64,000 nt of DNA from a virus (IMGVR_UViG_3300037193_001436:43210-107209), one strand, 5' to 3'; counted from the first letter of the stretch, positions 36,731 to 46,676 are shown. Made by a program: numbers and translations. The notes: generated by a model not told the origin, from the sequence alone.

Positions 36731-37498
36731 CTATCCGACCGGGAGAACCGGGTAGTCCTTACCCGGAATGGCTTCCTGCGGCTTGTTCGGGTTCGGCGTT
36801 GTGGTGCTGCTCGATGAGGAGCCGATGGTGGCGATGTTGGCGGGCGTGGTGAGGACGACGTTGAAGGAGATGCCGACGGCCGCGCGGGTGGGGATCATGT
36901 CGTAGGACCAGTGGGTGTAGGACACCGAGAACGCGGAGATGTAGCCGAAGTACTTCAGCCGGTCGCCGACGTACAGGTAGGAGTACACCTGCTGGATCTG
37001 GCTGCGGGGGTAGAGCTGTTCCCAGGAGGACGACGCGGTGTAGGAGGCATCGATCAGCCCCAGGTACGCGTAGAAGGCGAGCACGTCGGCGTGCACACCG
37101 AAGACCGAGGCGACTTCGAAGGAGCGGTCCCACACCTCATAGGTGCGGTCGAACAACAGGTTCAGCGAGAGCTGGCCCTCGCCGAACGTCGCGGCCGTAA
37201 CGGACTTGTCGGTGCCCTCGGGGTCGGCCTGCGAGCCGTCGTAGGTGAGCGCGACGTCCAGCGTGGTGGGGTTGAACATGAAGTTGACCTGCAGCCCACC
37301 GGTGACCGCGACGATCCGACCTCGCTTGATCGGCCGGTCCTTCAGCGCCGGGTTCGCACCGCCGGTGGACAGCATGCGGGGATCGAACGGCGGGTTGAGG
37401 TTCGGCCGACCGCCGGGGCCGGGATAGTTCGGCGGGCCCTGCAGTTGCGGAGTGACCGGGGTCGGGCTTCCGCCGTCCCCCGGCAGCGAATTCCTCAT
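36731..37498 (-). CDS. tail tube initiator / baseplate protein
   Basis: FMFNP, LLFDRT, YTHWS..MIPTR. Confidence 0.7.
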   Translation of the reverse strand: MRNSLPGDGGSPTPVTPQLQGPPNYPGPGGRPNLNPPFDPRMLSTGGANPALKDRPIKRGRIVAVTGGLQVNFMFNPTTLDVALTYDGSQADPEGTDKSVTAATFGEGQLSLNLLFDRTYEVWDRSFEVASVFGVHADVLAFYAYLGLIDASYTASSSWEQLYPRSQIQQVYSYLYVGDRLKYFGYISAFSVSYTHWSYDMIPTRAAVGISFNVVLTTPANIATIGSSSSSTTTPNPNKPQEAIPGKDYPVLPVG

Positions 37499-40320
37499 AC
37501 GAGCACGCCCTCCGTCAGCTTCTTGATCTTCTCGTTCTGGGCGAGCTGGTCGGCGATCGCCTTGCCCAGGTCGTTGACGCCGGTCGAGGTGACACCCGCC
37601 GACGTGGTGATGGTGATCGCGCCCTGCTCGATCGTGATCTGCAGGCCTGCGCCGGTCTGCGGGCCGAGGCGGCTGGTCGCGCCGTAGGCGGTGCCGTTGA
37701 GCAGCACCTCGCGGATCTGCCGGGCTTCCTTGGCCCCGATGATCATCTCGCCCTTGTGGACCCGGGCGTCCTCGTCCTTCGGGATCTCCCACGCGCCGGT
37801 GTCGTACCAGTGCGGGCTGCGGGATTGCCATTTCGCCCAGGCGTTGACCGGGTTGCCGTACCGATCGGCGATGTAGGCCAGCCCGGCCTTTGTCTGCCCG
37901 CGCGGATCGGAGGTCTTCTTTACTCCATATCCGCTCCATGTTGAATTCAAAAACTGGAACAGTCCGTAGGCCGTGCTCGTGGGGTTTTGTGCTGTATTTC
38001 TGAAACCCGACTCGTGCATGACGAGTTGGTACAGCGCGTCCCACTGCTTCCCGGTCCAGCCCTTGGCCGCCGCCATTTCCTTGACGATCGCCTTGTTGCC
38101 GCTGACACTGCTCGGCGCGGACGGGATGCTGGAGCCGGACGTGCCCGAGCTGGCGTTGTTGCTGGATGACGGAGTGGTGTTCGCGGTGGTGTCGGGCGGT
38201 GCTGCGCCCATGCCCATCGATCCGGCTCCGGCGAACGCGGCCAGCGCCGCGCGCTCGCTGGTGATGATCGCACCGGCACCGGCTCCGGACGCGCCGCTCT
38301 CGGCCATGGACTGGACACCGGAGGCCGCTCCGGCGGTCGAGGTGCCCTGACTGGAGGTGCTGACACTGCTCTCCGAGATGGCCACGCTGGTACCGGACAG
38401 GTACGGGGCTGGGTTCACCGGTCGGCCGTTGATGTGGATCTCGAAGTGCAGGTGCGGGCCTGTGGCACGGCCTGTGGAGCCGACGTAGCCGATGACCTCG
38501 CCCTGCTGCACCCGAGACCCGACCCGTGCCTTGACGCGGCTCTGGTGGGCGTACAGCGTCTCGTAGCCGCCGCCGTGGTTGATGATGACGTGGTTGCCCG
38601 CCCAGTAGTTGGCTCCCCGGCTGCCCGAGAAGGTCACTGTCCCGGCCGCCGAGGCGTGGATCGGCGTACCGGAGCTGGCCCCGAAGTCGATGCCGGTGTG
38701 GGTCTTGGTCCGGCCGTTGATCGGGTCCTTGCGCGAGCCGAACCCTGAGGTGATCCGTCCGGCGACGGGCTTGGCGAACTTCAGGGTCGTCTTGCCGACC
38801 GAGGCCTTGGCCGACCCCGACGAGGTCCCCGGCGATCCGGAGGCACTGTTCGAGCCGAGCTTGTTCGAGCTGGTGGACAGCGGGGTGCCCTGGGCCCGGT
38901 TGGTCATGCCCTCGCTGACCTCGCCACCGGTTTGGTTGCTCTGGGCACCGATGTCGGAGATGCTTCCGCCGCCGGGACTGAGGACGCCCTTGGCTCCGCC
39001 GTAGTAGCCGACGGCCGAGCCGAGCGGGCCGTTGAGCAGCTTGTTGATGACGTCGGTGAACGCGGTCAGTGCGTCGGTGGCGTTGCGGGCTCCGGCGGCG
39101 AAGGCGTCGGTCATGCCGAGGTCGCGGTCGCGCTTGGCCGCGCCGAGTTCCTTCTGCTCGCCGACGATGCTGGTCGGGTTGACGCCCGCCTGCTTGAGTT
39201 TGTCCAGGGCCTGCTTGCGTTCGCCCCGGTTGGCCGAGTTCGCCTGGGCTCCGAGCTGCTGCAGGGTCTCGAAGTTCATCCCGTTCATGCGGGCGATCAG
39301 GATGGCGCGGATCTCTTCCTTGATGATGTCGCGGGTGCCCTGGGGCAGCAGGCCGTGGGCCTCCCAGTTCCGCAGCGTCGTCTCGATCGCGCCGTTGGGG
39401 TCGTCAAGGTGGAAGTTGATCTTGTCCGAAGTGTTGATGGACTGCCAGTTGCCGATCTTCTGCAGGATCTGCCGGGCCAGGCTGAGCGGGTCCATGTGGT
39501 TGCCCGGACCCTTGCCGGTGTCGATACCCATCCCCCGCAGGCCGACGGTGACGTTGGGCTGGTTGAGCTGCACCATTGCCTGTGCGACCTGCGCGTTGCC
39601 CAGACCGGGGTTGATCAGTCCGGCCACGCCGGTCGCGGCGGTCGCGCCTCGGTCGCTGGCCGAGCCGACCTGGACGCCGAGGCCTCGGGACAGTGCGTAG
39701 CGGCCCTGGGCGACGTCGGCCATCGAGAGGCCGGTCACCTGGCCCTTCATCGAGTTGAGGATCTGGTCGCGGGTGTTGGCTCCGCCGAGGGAGAGCTGGG
39801 AGGCGATCAGGTCGGCGGTGTACATGCCGGGGGCACCGGCGTTGATCATCCGGTTGATACCCGCAGCCGCCGCGTAGCCGCCCGCGACCGCGAGGCCGGA
39901 CTTGCCTCCGGCGGTCTGCATCATCCGGCCAAACATGCCAGGCGGGGGCTGCTGTCCGCCGCCTCCACCCTGGCCACCACCGCCTCCGCCGCCCGAGCCA
40001 CCAGAACCGGCACCGCCCGGGGGCTGGCCGCCGTTGAAAGTGGCTCCTCCCCCGTTGGTGCCTCGGGGCGGCTGCTGGCCGCCCAGCGGGCCTTGACCGC
40101 CGTTGTTACCCCACCACCCCAACGTGGGGAAGGCCCCGGCTCCGACGCCGCCCATCCCGCTGGCGGCCGTCATCCGGTTCATCTGGTGCAGTTGTGGCAC
40201 CAGGCTGGACAGGCCCTGGTTCAGGTGATCGATCGTGCTCTTGAGGCTGTCGATCGAGGTCTGCAGATGGTTGGTGCCGAGCAGGCCACTGCCTGCTGTC
40301 GAGATCGGCTCATCCGCCAT
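37495..40320 (-). CDS. tape measure protein with C-terminal M23 peptidase and lytic transglycosylase domains
   Basis: HTGIDF..YAH..STGRATGPHLHFE (M23); HESG..AQNPTSTAYGLFQFL..YIADRYG (SLT-like). Confidence 0.85.
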   Translation of the reverse strand: MADEPISTAGSGLLGTNHLQTSIDSLKSTIDHLNQGLSSLVPQLHQMNRMTAASGMGGVGAGAFPTLGWWGNNGGQGPLGGQQPPRGTNGGGATFNGGQPPGGAGSGGSGGGGGGGQGGGGGQQPPPGMFGRMMQTAGGKSGLAVAGGYAAAAGINRMINAGAPGMYTADLIASQLSLGGANTRDQILNSMKGQVTGLSMADVAQGRYALSRGLGVQVGSASDRGATAATGVAGLINPGLGNAQVAQAMVQLNQPNVTVGLRGMGIDTGKGPGNHMDPLSLARQILQKIGNWQSINTSDKINFHLDDPNGAIETTLRNWEAHGLLPQGTRDIIKEEIRAILIARMNGMNFETLQQLGAQANSANRGERKQALDKLKQAGVNPTSIVGEQKELGAAKRDRDLGMTDAFAAGARNATDALTAFTDVINKLLNGPLGSAVGYYGGAKGVLSPGGGSISDIGAQSNQTGGEVSEGMTNRAQGTPLSTSSNKLGSNSASGSPGTSSGSAKASVGKTTLKFAKPVAGRITSGFGSRKDPINGRTKTHTGIDFGASSGTPIHASAAGTVTFSGSRGANYWAGNHVIINHGGGYETLYAHQSRVKARVGSRVQQGEVIGYVGSTGRATGPHLHFEIHINGRPVNPAPYLSGTSVAISESSVSTSSQGTSTAGAASGVQSMAESGASGAGAGAIITSERAALAAFAGAGSMGMGAAPPDTTANTTPSSSNNASSGTSGSSIPSAPSSVSGNKAIVKEMAAAKGWTGKQWDALYQLVMHESGFRNTAQNPTSTAYGLFQFLNSTWSGYGVKKTSDPRGQTKAGLAYIADRYGNPVNAWAKWQSRSPHWYDTGAWEIPKDEDARVHKGEMIIGAKEARQIREVLLNGTAYGATSRLGPQTGAGLQITIEQGAITITTSAGVTSTGVNDLGKAIADQLAQNEKIKKLTEGVLV

Positions 40321-40486
40321 CGTCGGACCCCTTGCGCAGTTCGGTGTTCCGCCAGGCGAAGAAGGCGATCCAGTGCCTTCGTTCGCGCACGGTCAACCGG
40401 CGTATTTCGCGTAGGGTCCAAGCCGGGTGTAGTACGACTAGTTGTTCGAATTCGAATGCCGTGTCATGCCAGGTACAGATCTGGAA
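40310..40486 (-). CDS. C-terminal extension of the tail chaperone (candidate +1 frameshift product)
   Basis: WTLREIRRLTVRERRHW motif; no plausible own start or RBS. Confidence 0.55.
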   Translation of the reverse strand, partial: FQICTWHDTAFEFEQLVVLHPAWTLREIRRLTVRERRHWIAFFAWRNTELRKGSDDGG

Positions 40487-41297
40487 ATAAGGCGACCGGT
40501 CCGATGCCGACCACGGTCGTTTCCCCACAGTCGTCATGCGTTACGGGCACCTCATTGTATCGAGCGCCCGGCATCCGGTTGTTCATCTCGCGGAGCAGCC
40601 GGGTGCGGTCCGGCAGCGACATGTCGCGGACCGTCGACTCGAATCCGGCGACCGGCATCTCCATGCCGTTGGCGTCGGTGATGGTCTCCACACATCGCTG
40701 GAGCAGGATCGTGTTGCGCTCAGCGTTGGTGGTGTTCTCCCTCTCCAGGTACGCGGCCTGGTCGTGTCCGTTGGGCAGCCGGACGCGGGCGCTGCGTCCG
40801 TTGCGGAGGGCAACGGTAAACGTGGCTTCGCTGCGGTCCTGCAGGGGCTTGATCGGCACGTCGTCGGTGTGCACGATCGCATCGAACAACTCGTCGCAAC
40901 CTGCGCACTTGAGATTCGCCATCTCGATCTCGGGACCCCAGGTGACCTTCCGGATGGCCATCAGCAAGTAGTCGCGGTCTCCGACCAGCAACTTACCGAC
41001 GGCATCGGAGTTGGCGGATTCGCCGTCGATCTTCTCAACCGCCAACTCCAACAGGGTGGCGATCCAGCGAGAGACCGGGCCACGCACCCTGGCGAGGGCT
41101 TCCTCGTCGGCTCCCGTGAGTTCGCGGACTTCGACCTTCTGGCCGGTGCCGGGAAGGGTGAACAGGTTGTCGGCCGGTGGTTCGAGTTGTGGTTTGGGCG
41201 CAGGCTCGGAGGCTGGCCCGTCAGCCAGGATGGCCGCGATCTGGGCGTTGGCCTGCTCGGGGTTCTCCATCGGGTCGACGCGCACGAAGTCTGACAC
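40464..41297 (-). CDS. tail/baseplate assembly chaperone
   Basis: VRELTGADEE, GDRDYLL..IR..TWG, CAGC; GGAG RBS before GTG 41297. Confidence 0.8.
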   Translation of the reverse strand: MSDFVRVDPMENPEQANAQIAAILADGPASEPAPKPQLEPPADNLFTLPGTGQKVEVRELTGADEEALARVRGPVSRWIATLLELAVEKIDGESANSDAVGKLLVGDRDYLLMAIRKVTWGPEIEMANLKCAGCDELFDAIVHTDDVPIKPLQDRSEATFTVALRNGRSARVRLPNGHDQAAYLERENTTNAERNTILLQRCVETITDANGMEMPVAGFESTVRDMSLPDRTRLLREMNNRMPGARYNEVPVTHDDCGETTVVGIGPVALFPDLYLA

Positions 41298-41422
41298 GAG
41301 TTGTTCTCCAAGTTGGTGAACCCGGCGTGAGAGCTGAGGGAAGCAGTCCCACGCCGGGGCTGTGGTCGCAACCACGGTTTAGTCCTTGATCACGCTACCC
41401 AGGGCATTGGGCAGAGTGTGAG

Positions 41423-41986
41423 CTACAGCGAGGCCGCTCCGTAGGAGCCGTGGGCAACGAAGTCGAAGCCCTCGTGGGCCAGGGTCATCTGCTGGATCAT
41501 GATCGCGTTGGCACCGGCGTCGAAGTCGCTGAACGCGACCGAGGTCGGCCACGCGTTGTAGACGGTGAACAGTGCCTTCACCGGCGTGGATCCCTTGGTG
41601 ATCGGGTGGTCGAGCACCTTGATCTGAACGGTGGTGCGGAAGTCACCGGCTCCGGCAGGCCGAGTGCCGGTGCCCTGCATGACGGCGAACAGCTCCTTCA
41701 TCCAGGACATGTTGGCGTTGCCTGCGGCACCTACCGCCACACCCTTGCTCAGCGTCAGCGGGCTGAAGTCCGACTGGCCGGGCATTTTCTGTGTGGTCGT
41801 GTTCATCCCGCCCTCGCGGTACGGGATCACCTCGGTGGTGATGGACAGGCCGGAGACGGACATGAAGCCCATGTGGACGTCGTACCCCAGCGACTGCTTG
41901 CCGTTGATCGTGACAACGAACTTGAAGTTGCGCAGAGGGTCCGTCGTCATGTGCGCGATCGACGACTTCGCGGGGATGGCAGCCAT
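41423..41986 (-). CDS. tail tube protein (T4 gp19 family)
   Basis: DPLRNFKF, GF.SVSGL, YREGG, NAWP, LAHEG. Confidence 0.95.
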   Translation of the reverse strand: MAAIPAKSSIAHMTTDPLRNFKFVVTINGKQSLGYDVHMGFMSVSGLSITTEVIPYREGGMNTTTQKMPGQSDFSPLTLSKGVAVGAAGNANMSWMKELFAVMQGTGTRPAGAGDFRTTVQIKVLDHPITKGSTPVKALFTVYNAWPTSVAFSDFDAGANAIMIQQMTLAHEGFDFVAHGSYGAASL

Positions 41987-42000
41987 GGCTCAAAAGCTCC

Positions 42001-43542
42001 TTAGGCAGTGATCTCGGTGGTCGCGCCGCCGTCGAACTGGCCGATGCGGATGATGATGAACTCGGCCGGGCTGTTCAGCGCCACTCCGACCTCGACGTTG
42101 ACGATCCCGGCGTTCTGCGAGGCGGGCTGGTTGTTCTCGGCGTCGCACTTGACGTAGAACGCGGTCTCCGGGATGGAGCCCTTGAGCAGCCCCGACTGCA
42201 TCTGGGCGATCAGGTACTGCGTGACGACGACCTCGATCTGCTCCCACAGCGCCGCGTTGTTGGGCTCGAAGATCGCGAACGCGGTGATGTCCCGCAGCGC
42301 CTTGGACAGGCTGATCAGCGCCCGGCGGATGTTGACGTAGCGGTCCGGCATCCGGGTGTTCAGGGTGCGAGCGCCCATGATGCAGAAGCCCGCGCCGGTG
42401 ACCTGCCGGATGACGTTGACACCCGCTTGGTTCAGGGTGTCGAGCTGGGTCTCGCTGAACCGGCTGTGCACGCCGAGCACGCCCTTGACGGCGGTGTCGA
42501 GCCCGGCCGGAGCCTTGTGCACACCCCGAGAGGTGTCAGTCAGGGCGTACTGCCCCACGACAGCGCCTCCAGGGGCCACCAGGCGCATCGCGCCGGGCAC
42601 GGACGACGCCGGGTCGGCAAGGTACAACCAGGGCGCGTAGACGGCCGCGTACGACGTCTTGGGGACCGTACCGACGAAGGTGGTCATCGCGGTGGTGACC
42701 TCGGCCGCTGCGTCGGTGGCTGCGGGCTTGGGCCCGTCGACCACGACGAAGATGTTGGTGCGTCCGGCAGCCCAGTTGACGACGTCGGTGAGGGTGGTGC
42801 CGTTGCTGACGCCGGGGAGGTTCAGCGTGATGACGTTGTCCACCGCTTCGAGCTTCTTGGCGGCGGCCACCAGGTCAGGCGTGCCGGTGCCCTCGGTGCC
42901 GCCGGTCAAGGGAGCCTTGACTGCCGAGGCCGGGTTGCTGTTGGCGTCGACCCACGGCGACAGCGTGGCCAGCGTGACGTACTTCGAGCCGACCGTCAGC
43001 GAGTTCACGATCGTGACCGCGTTGCGCGAGTCGGCCGGGTCGAGGGTCAGGTCGACGAAGGTCTCGCGGGCCAGCAGGCCGCCGCCGGTTCCGGCCTCGA
43101 TGGTGAGGTCGAAGCGGGACTCGTCGGTCGAGGGCTGCACGGTGACGTAGATGCGGGTCGGGCTGGTGGCGTCGCTGGCCCAGGAGCCGGGCGAGGACGC
43201 GGTGACCTTCAGCATCGGGATCGGCGTGACGGCCGTGGTGTCGTTGATCGTCAGTGAGGCCGCGACCGCGTTGGTGTTGATGCCTCGGACGATGTAGGCC
43301 AGGTGCCCGCCGTTGCTGAAGTACTGCCAGACGCCGTAGTGCAAGTCATCCGGGCTGGAGCGGATGTCACCGAACAGGGACTGGAACTGCGTCCAGGAGG
43401 TGACCAGAGTCGGCCCGACAGGCCCGCCGCGCGTCGAGGTGCCGACGAAGGCCGCGACGTAGTCGCCGGATCCTACCGCCGGGTCGGCGAGCGGCTGAAG
43501 GCTCTCCTCGATGAAGACGCCAGGCCGCTGGTACGTAGCCAT
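42001..43542 (-). CDS. tail sheath protein
   Basis: RPGVFIEE, HKAPAG, GARTL, YVNIRR, FEPN, PAEFI. Confidence 0.96.
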   Translation of the reverse strand: MATYQRPGVFIEESLQPLADPAVGSGDYVAAFVGTSTRGGPVGPTLVTSWTQFQSLFGDIRSSPDDLHYGVWQYFSNGGHLAYIVRGINTNAVAASLTINDTTAVTPIPMLKVTASSPGSWASDATSPTRIYVTVQPSTDESRFDLTIEAGTGGGLLARETFVDLTLDPADSRNAVTIVNSLTVGSKYVTLATLSPWVDANSNPASAVKAPLTGGTEGTGTPDLVAAAKKLEAVDNVITLNLPGVSNGTTLTDVVNWAAGRTNIFVVVDGPKPAATDAAAEVTTAMTTFVGTVPKTSYAAVYAPWLYLADPASSVPGAMRLVAPGGAVVGQYALTDTSRGVHKAPAGLDTAVKGVLGVHSRFSETQLDTLNQAGVNVIRQVTGAGFCIMGARTLNTRMPDRYVNIRRALISLSKALRDITAFAIFEPNNAALWEQIEVVVTQYLIAQMQSGLLKGSIPETAFYVKCDAENNQPASQNAGIVNVEVGVALNSPAEFIIIRIGQFDGGATTEITA

Positions 43543-43590
43543 GCAAGACTCCTAAGAAGTTGGTACTTAGGGTCCGAGTCATGGTCCGAG

Positions 43591-44274
43591 TCAGGATCCG
43601 AATTCGTACGAGTCCGCCAGAACGCGAAGATCGATGTTGACTTCTTCGACCGGCTTGAACAACTCGTAGACGTTTTGTACTGCATACAGGGGCAGTTCCG
43701 AATAGACCCTTACAGCGTAGTGGGTTCGGAACACTCTCTTGTCATTGTTGTCCTTGGCATCTTCCCGTTCCGGTCCGCCGATCAGGTCGAGTGAACGGAC
43801 GGTGCCGTCCTCGGGTACCTCGACGTAGCCGAAGCGCGGAGGGATCCGGTCGATCGCCGCCAGCGCAGCCGTCAGCTCGGTCTGGTGCTGCTCGAACCGC
43901 GTGTGGACGACGACCTGGTAGTCGATGTTGTGCGGGATCGGCCAGTCCTGGGTGTAGAACGGCGACCGGCTGGGGTCGACCGAGGTCGCGCCGTCGGGGA
44001 TGTAGGGCTGGCCGTCCCGGGCGGGAGTGTCGTTCGGCCACTCCTCCGGCACGTACGGCAGGTACGTGCTCCCCCGATGTTCCCGGTCGGCTGCCCTGTT
44101 GATGCCGCTGTGCGTGATCGAGATGGTCGGGTAGTCCATGTCGGCCAGCTCGTACGACGGCACAGTGAAACGCACCGCCACAGGTCGTCCCCCGGGCGGT
44201 GCGCTCGAATCTGTTACGAATAGGCCCGCGAACTTTGCCTTGATGGCGGCGTCCTCATTCAGGAGCCACGGCAC
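43591..44274 (-). CDS. tail terminator/completion-like protein
   Basis: Position before sheath; YPTISI, IDYQV. Confidence 0.65.
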   Translation of the reverse strand: MPWLLNEDAAIKAKFAGLFVTDSSAPPGGRPVAVRFTVPSYELADMDYPTISITHSGINRAADREHRGSTYLPYVPEEWPNDTPARDGQPYIPDGATSVDPSRSPFYTQDWPIPHNIDYQVVVHTRFEQHQTELTAALAAIDRIPPRFGYVEVPEDGTVRSLDLIGGPEREDAKDNNDKRVFRTHYAVRVYSELPLYAVQNVYELFKPVEEVNIDLRVLADSYEFGS

Positions 44275-44316
44275 ACAACCATTGTCGGCGAGCTGGGCGT
44301 TGAGTTGTCAGTCCTG

Positions 44317-44712
44317 CTAGCGCTCCTGCAGCGCCTTGTTGTGCTTCTCGATCCGCTCGGTGTGCATCATCGCGATCAGCATCAGCGGGATCCAGGTGAC
44401 CAGGCCGAAGATGACGAGCATGATCCAGAAGTAGTCGTCGGCGGTGTAGGTGTTGCCGTACCAGATGACGAAGCCCAGGAAGTGCAGCACAGCGGCGGCC
44501 AGGATGTAGCGGCCCCAGACCGGGTACTTCCAGCCCCTCGGGACCAGGCCCTGCGCCTCCGCCTCCCGCCGGTTGTACGACCGCGCGGCCAGGAAGACCG
44601 CCGTACCGACGGCCGCGATGGTGGCCGGGTTCGGGCCGTGGTCCTGGTGCTGTGGCGCGTGCTGGTGCGACACGGCGTTGAGCCGGTCGAAGTCGCTGTT
44701 GAAGTCCCCCAT
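44317..44712 (-). CDS. membrane protein inserted in the neck module
   Basis: Two to three hydrophobic helices; own upstream motifs. Confidence 0.7.
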   Translation of the reverse strand: MGDFNSDFDRLNAVSHQHAPQHQDHGPNPATIAAVGTAVFLAARSYNRREAEAQGLVPRGWKYPVWGRYILAAAVLHFLGFVIWYGNTYTADDYFWIMLVIFGLVTWIPLMLIAMMHTERIEKHNKALQER

Positions 44713-44781
44713 GATCCTGCGCTCCCCTAAGTTGTGGTGGTGGAACAACTATACGTTCCCGGAACGCGTTCCGGAAGGGGT

Positions 44782-45291
44782 TCAGAGGTCCAGAAATTGT
44801 GGATCCAGGATGTACTCGTCGGGCTTGAGCTGGGCCCCTTCGAGGCTGACCATGAAGTCGGTGGAGGAGATCTGGCCGGTGACGTGAATCTGGGTCACAC
44901 GGAAGGCCTTGCCGTCGTACACGACCCGGTCCTTGAGGTAGTTCTGGCTGCGGACGTCGGCCTCGGTCAGGCCGGTGCGCAGGAACTGGGAGTAGGACAT
45001 CGTCGCGTAGAGGTCGTCGACGAAGTAGAAGCCGGTCTCGGTGTCCTGGTTGCCGCCCTCGTTGTGGGTAGCGTGCAGGACCGGGATCTCGACCGGCGGG
45101 TGGAATGCCAGGCCGGTGCCAGTCGGCTCGTCGTAGACCGCGTGCATCTCCGACTCCTCGGCCCAGTAGCGGTAGTAGCTGATCGAGTCCTCGATCTCGG
45201 CGTTCTGGTAGCCGCGCAGGGCCGCGTCGATCTGCTGCTGCTCGCGCTTGCGGTCGAACCGGCCGCCCTCCTTCCAGTCCAACCGGCTCAT
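44782..45291 (-). CDS. head-closure/neck protein
   Basis: Position; LKDRVVYDGKAFRV. Confidence 0.65.
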   Translation of the reverse strand: MSRLDWKEGGRFDRKREQQQIDAALRGYQNAEIEDSISYYRYWAEESEMHAVYDEPTGTGLAFHPPVEIPVLHATHNEGGNQDTETGFYFVDDLYATMSYSQFLRTGLTEADVRSQNYLKDRVVYDGKAFRVTQIHVTGQISSTDFMVSLEGAQLKPDEYILDPQFLDL

Positions 45292-45434
45292 CGCGGATCT
45301 TTCAGGATCGGGTGCTTGCACAGGCGGCACTCGACCAGGTTGGGAAGCGCCCGGCGAGCCGTGTCAGTGTGATCGGTGCTGATGCAGCAGCACTCGGTGC
45401 ACAGTCCCTGCCGGTGGCAGACCTTGCAGGCCAT
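45288..45434 (-). CDS. 48-aa Cys-rich protein
   Basis: Hand-translated MACKVCHRQGLCTECCCISTDH...ECRLCKHPILKDPR; TGATG and ATGA coupled. Confidence 0.65.
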   Translation of the reverse strand: MACKVCHRQGLCTECCCISTDHTDTARRALPNLVECRLCKHPILKDPR

Positions 45435-46249
45435 CAGAACAGCCCCCTGTCAGCCGGGCTGGCCGGTCCGTCGGGGTCGGACTCGCGGGTGTCGATCTCG
45501 GGCAGGACCCGGATCGGCATGGTGGCGTCGTCGTACTCGCGCGCCACGTAGACCGGGACCAGGCGGCCGGTGGTCTTGGAGATGCGGCGCAGGGTGGACA
45601 TCTCGATGCGGAAGAGGCCGACGTTGAGCTGAGCGCACAGCGTCTTGTACTTCTCGGTCAGCAGGTTGATCTGGCTGACGATCTGGCCGTAGCGCTGCGA
45701 TCGAGGAACGAAGGTGCCCTCTGAGGTGTGCACGTCGATGTCCGTGCTCGCGTCAGTCGACAGCGCCCACAGCGCCTCGGTGGCGGCCAGCAGGGCCACC
45801 AGCACTTCCTCGATCTCGGGCAAGTTCTCCAGCGTCACCGCGTAGTGGGCATACTTGATGAACCCGTTTTCGTCCCGGTACCGGATGGTGTCGCTTGCCC
45901 CGTTGGTGTGCTGGAGAAGCGCCTCGTGCAGGAACTCCTTGATCTCGTCGTCGGTGAACAGACTAAAGCTGTTGCCCTCGACAACGAGCTGCCAGTCCTT
46001 GGCGAGCGCGGTGTCGAGCGTGATCAGGCCCTGGGCCAGGTCGAGGGTGTAGTCGTCGGCCGTGAGATCAGTGATGGCCAGGGTGGTGGGATTGACCGTG
46101 AAGGCCTTGAGCCCGGTGGCGGAGACGTTGTTGGCGGGCAAGTCGAAGGTCTTCTGGGTGCCGGTGCCTCGGAACTGGCCCCGGAACGACATGGGGTTGT
46201 CGCCCAGCTCCAACCGGATCCGGGAGATCAACGCGGCTTCGGTGGCCAC
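45434..46249 (-). CDS. head-tail adaptor-like protein
   Basis: RIRLELGD, FTDDEI, PRSQRY; position after capsid genes. Confidence 0.7.
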   Translation of the reverse strand: MATEAALISRIRLELGDNPMSFRGQFRGTGTQKTFDLPANNVSATGLKAFTVNPTTLAITDLTADDYTLDLAQGLITLDTALAKDWQLVVEGNSFSLFTDDEIKEFLHEALLQHTNGASDTIRYRDENGFIKYAHYAVTLENLPEIEEVLVALLAATEALWALSTDASTDIDVHTSEGTFVPRSQRYGQIVSQINLLTEKYKTLCAQLNVGLFRIEMSTLRRISKTTGRLVPVYVAREYDDATMPIRVLPEIDTRESDPDGPASPADRGLF

Positions 46250-46265
46250 TGCTCGTCCCCGCTCG

Positions 46266-46676
46266 CTATTGGATGGTGAGAGCGCCCGCTGCGACGAAGA
46301 TCGGCTTGTTGGCCTTGGCAAGCACCGGTTCCAGGAGCTGCCACAGGTACAGGACGGTCCCCGACGTACCGGACGATGAGTCGGTCAGGAAGGCGTAGGT
46401 CGCCTCGGTGTCCATGTCGGCGGTCACCGGCCCGAACTGGACGCTGGCACTGTTCGTCGTCGAGATCGGCGTACCGGTGGGAGCCGCCCAGGTGACCTGG
46501 ACCCGGGCGTACCCAGCCGTGGTCACCTCCGCCAGCGTGGCGAGGGTCACCGGCTCGTCCGGGATGGCGATGGCCAGGCCGAGGTAGGCGTTCCGGGGCG
46601 CGGTGTAGGCGACCGCTCGTCCGGTCAGGAAGTCGAGCAGCATCCCCTTGGAAGCGTCGGTGGTGTTGCCTGGCAT
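46266..46676 (-). CDS. small virion structural protein
   Basis: YLGL..EVT.AGYARVQVTW..F motif common in phage structural genes. Confidence 0.7.
   Translation of the reverse strand: MPGNTTDASKGMLLDFLTGRAVAYTAPRNAYLGLAIAIPDEPVTLATLAEVTTAGYARVQVTWAAPTGTPISTTNSASVQFGPVTADMDTEATYAFLTDSSSGTSGTVLYLWQLLEPVLAKANKPIFVAAGALTIQ

Noticed and set aside
33414-43542. Tail cluster as an eCIS or tailocin
   Set aside because: Capsid, portal, scaffold and terminase are linked, so it is a phage tail
43571-43601. Short GGTCCGAGTCA tandem before the sheath gene
   Set aside because: Only two and a half copies of a 12-bp unit, with no further support
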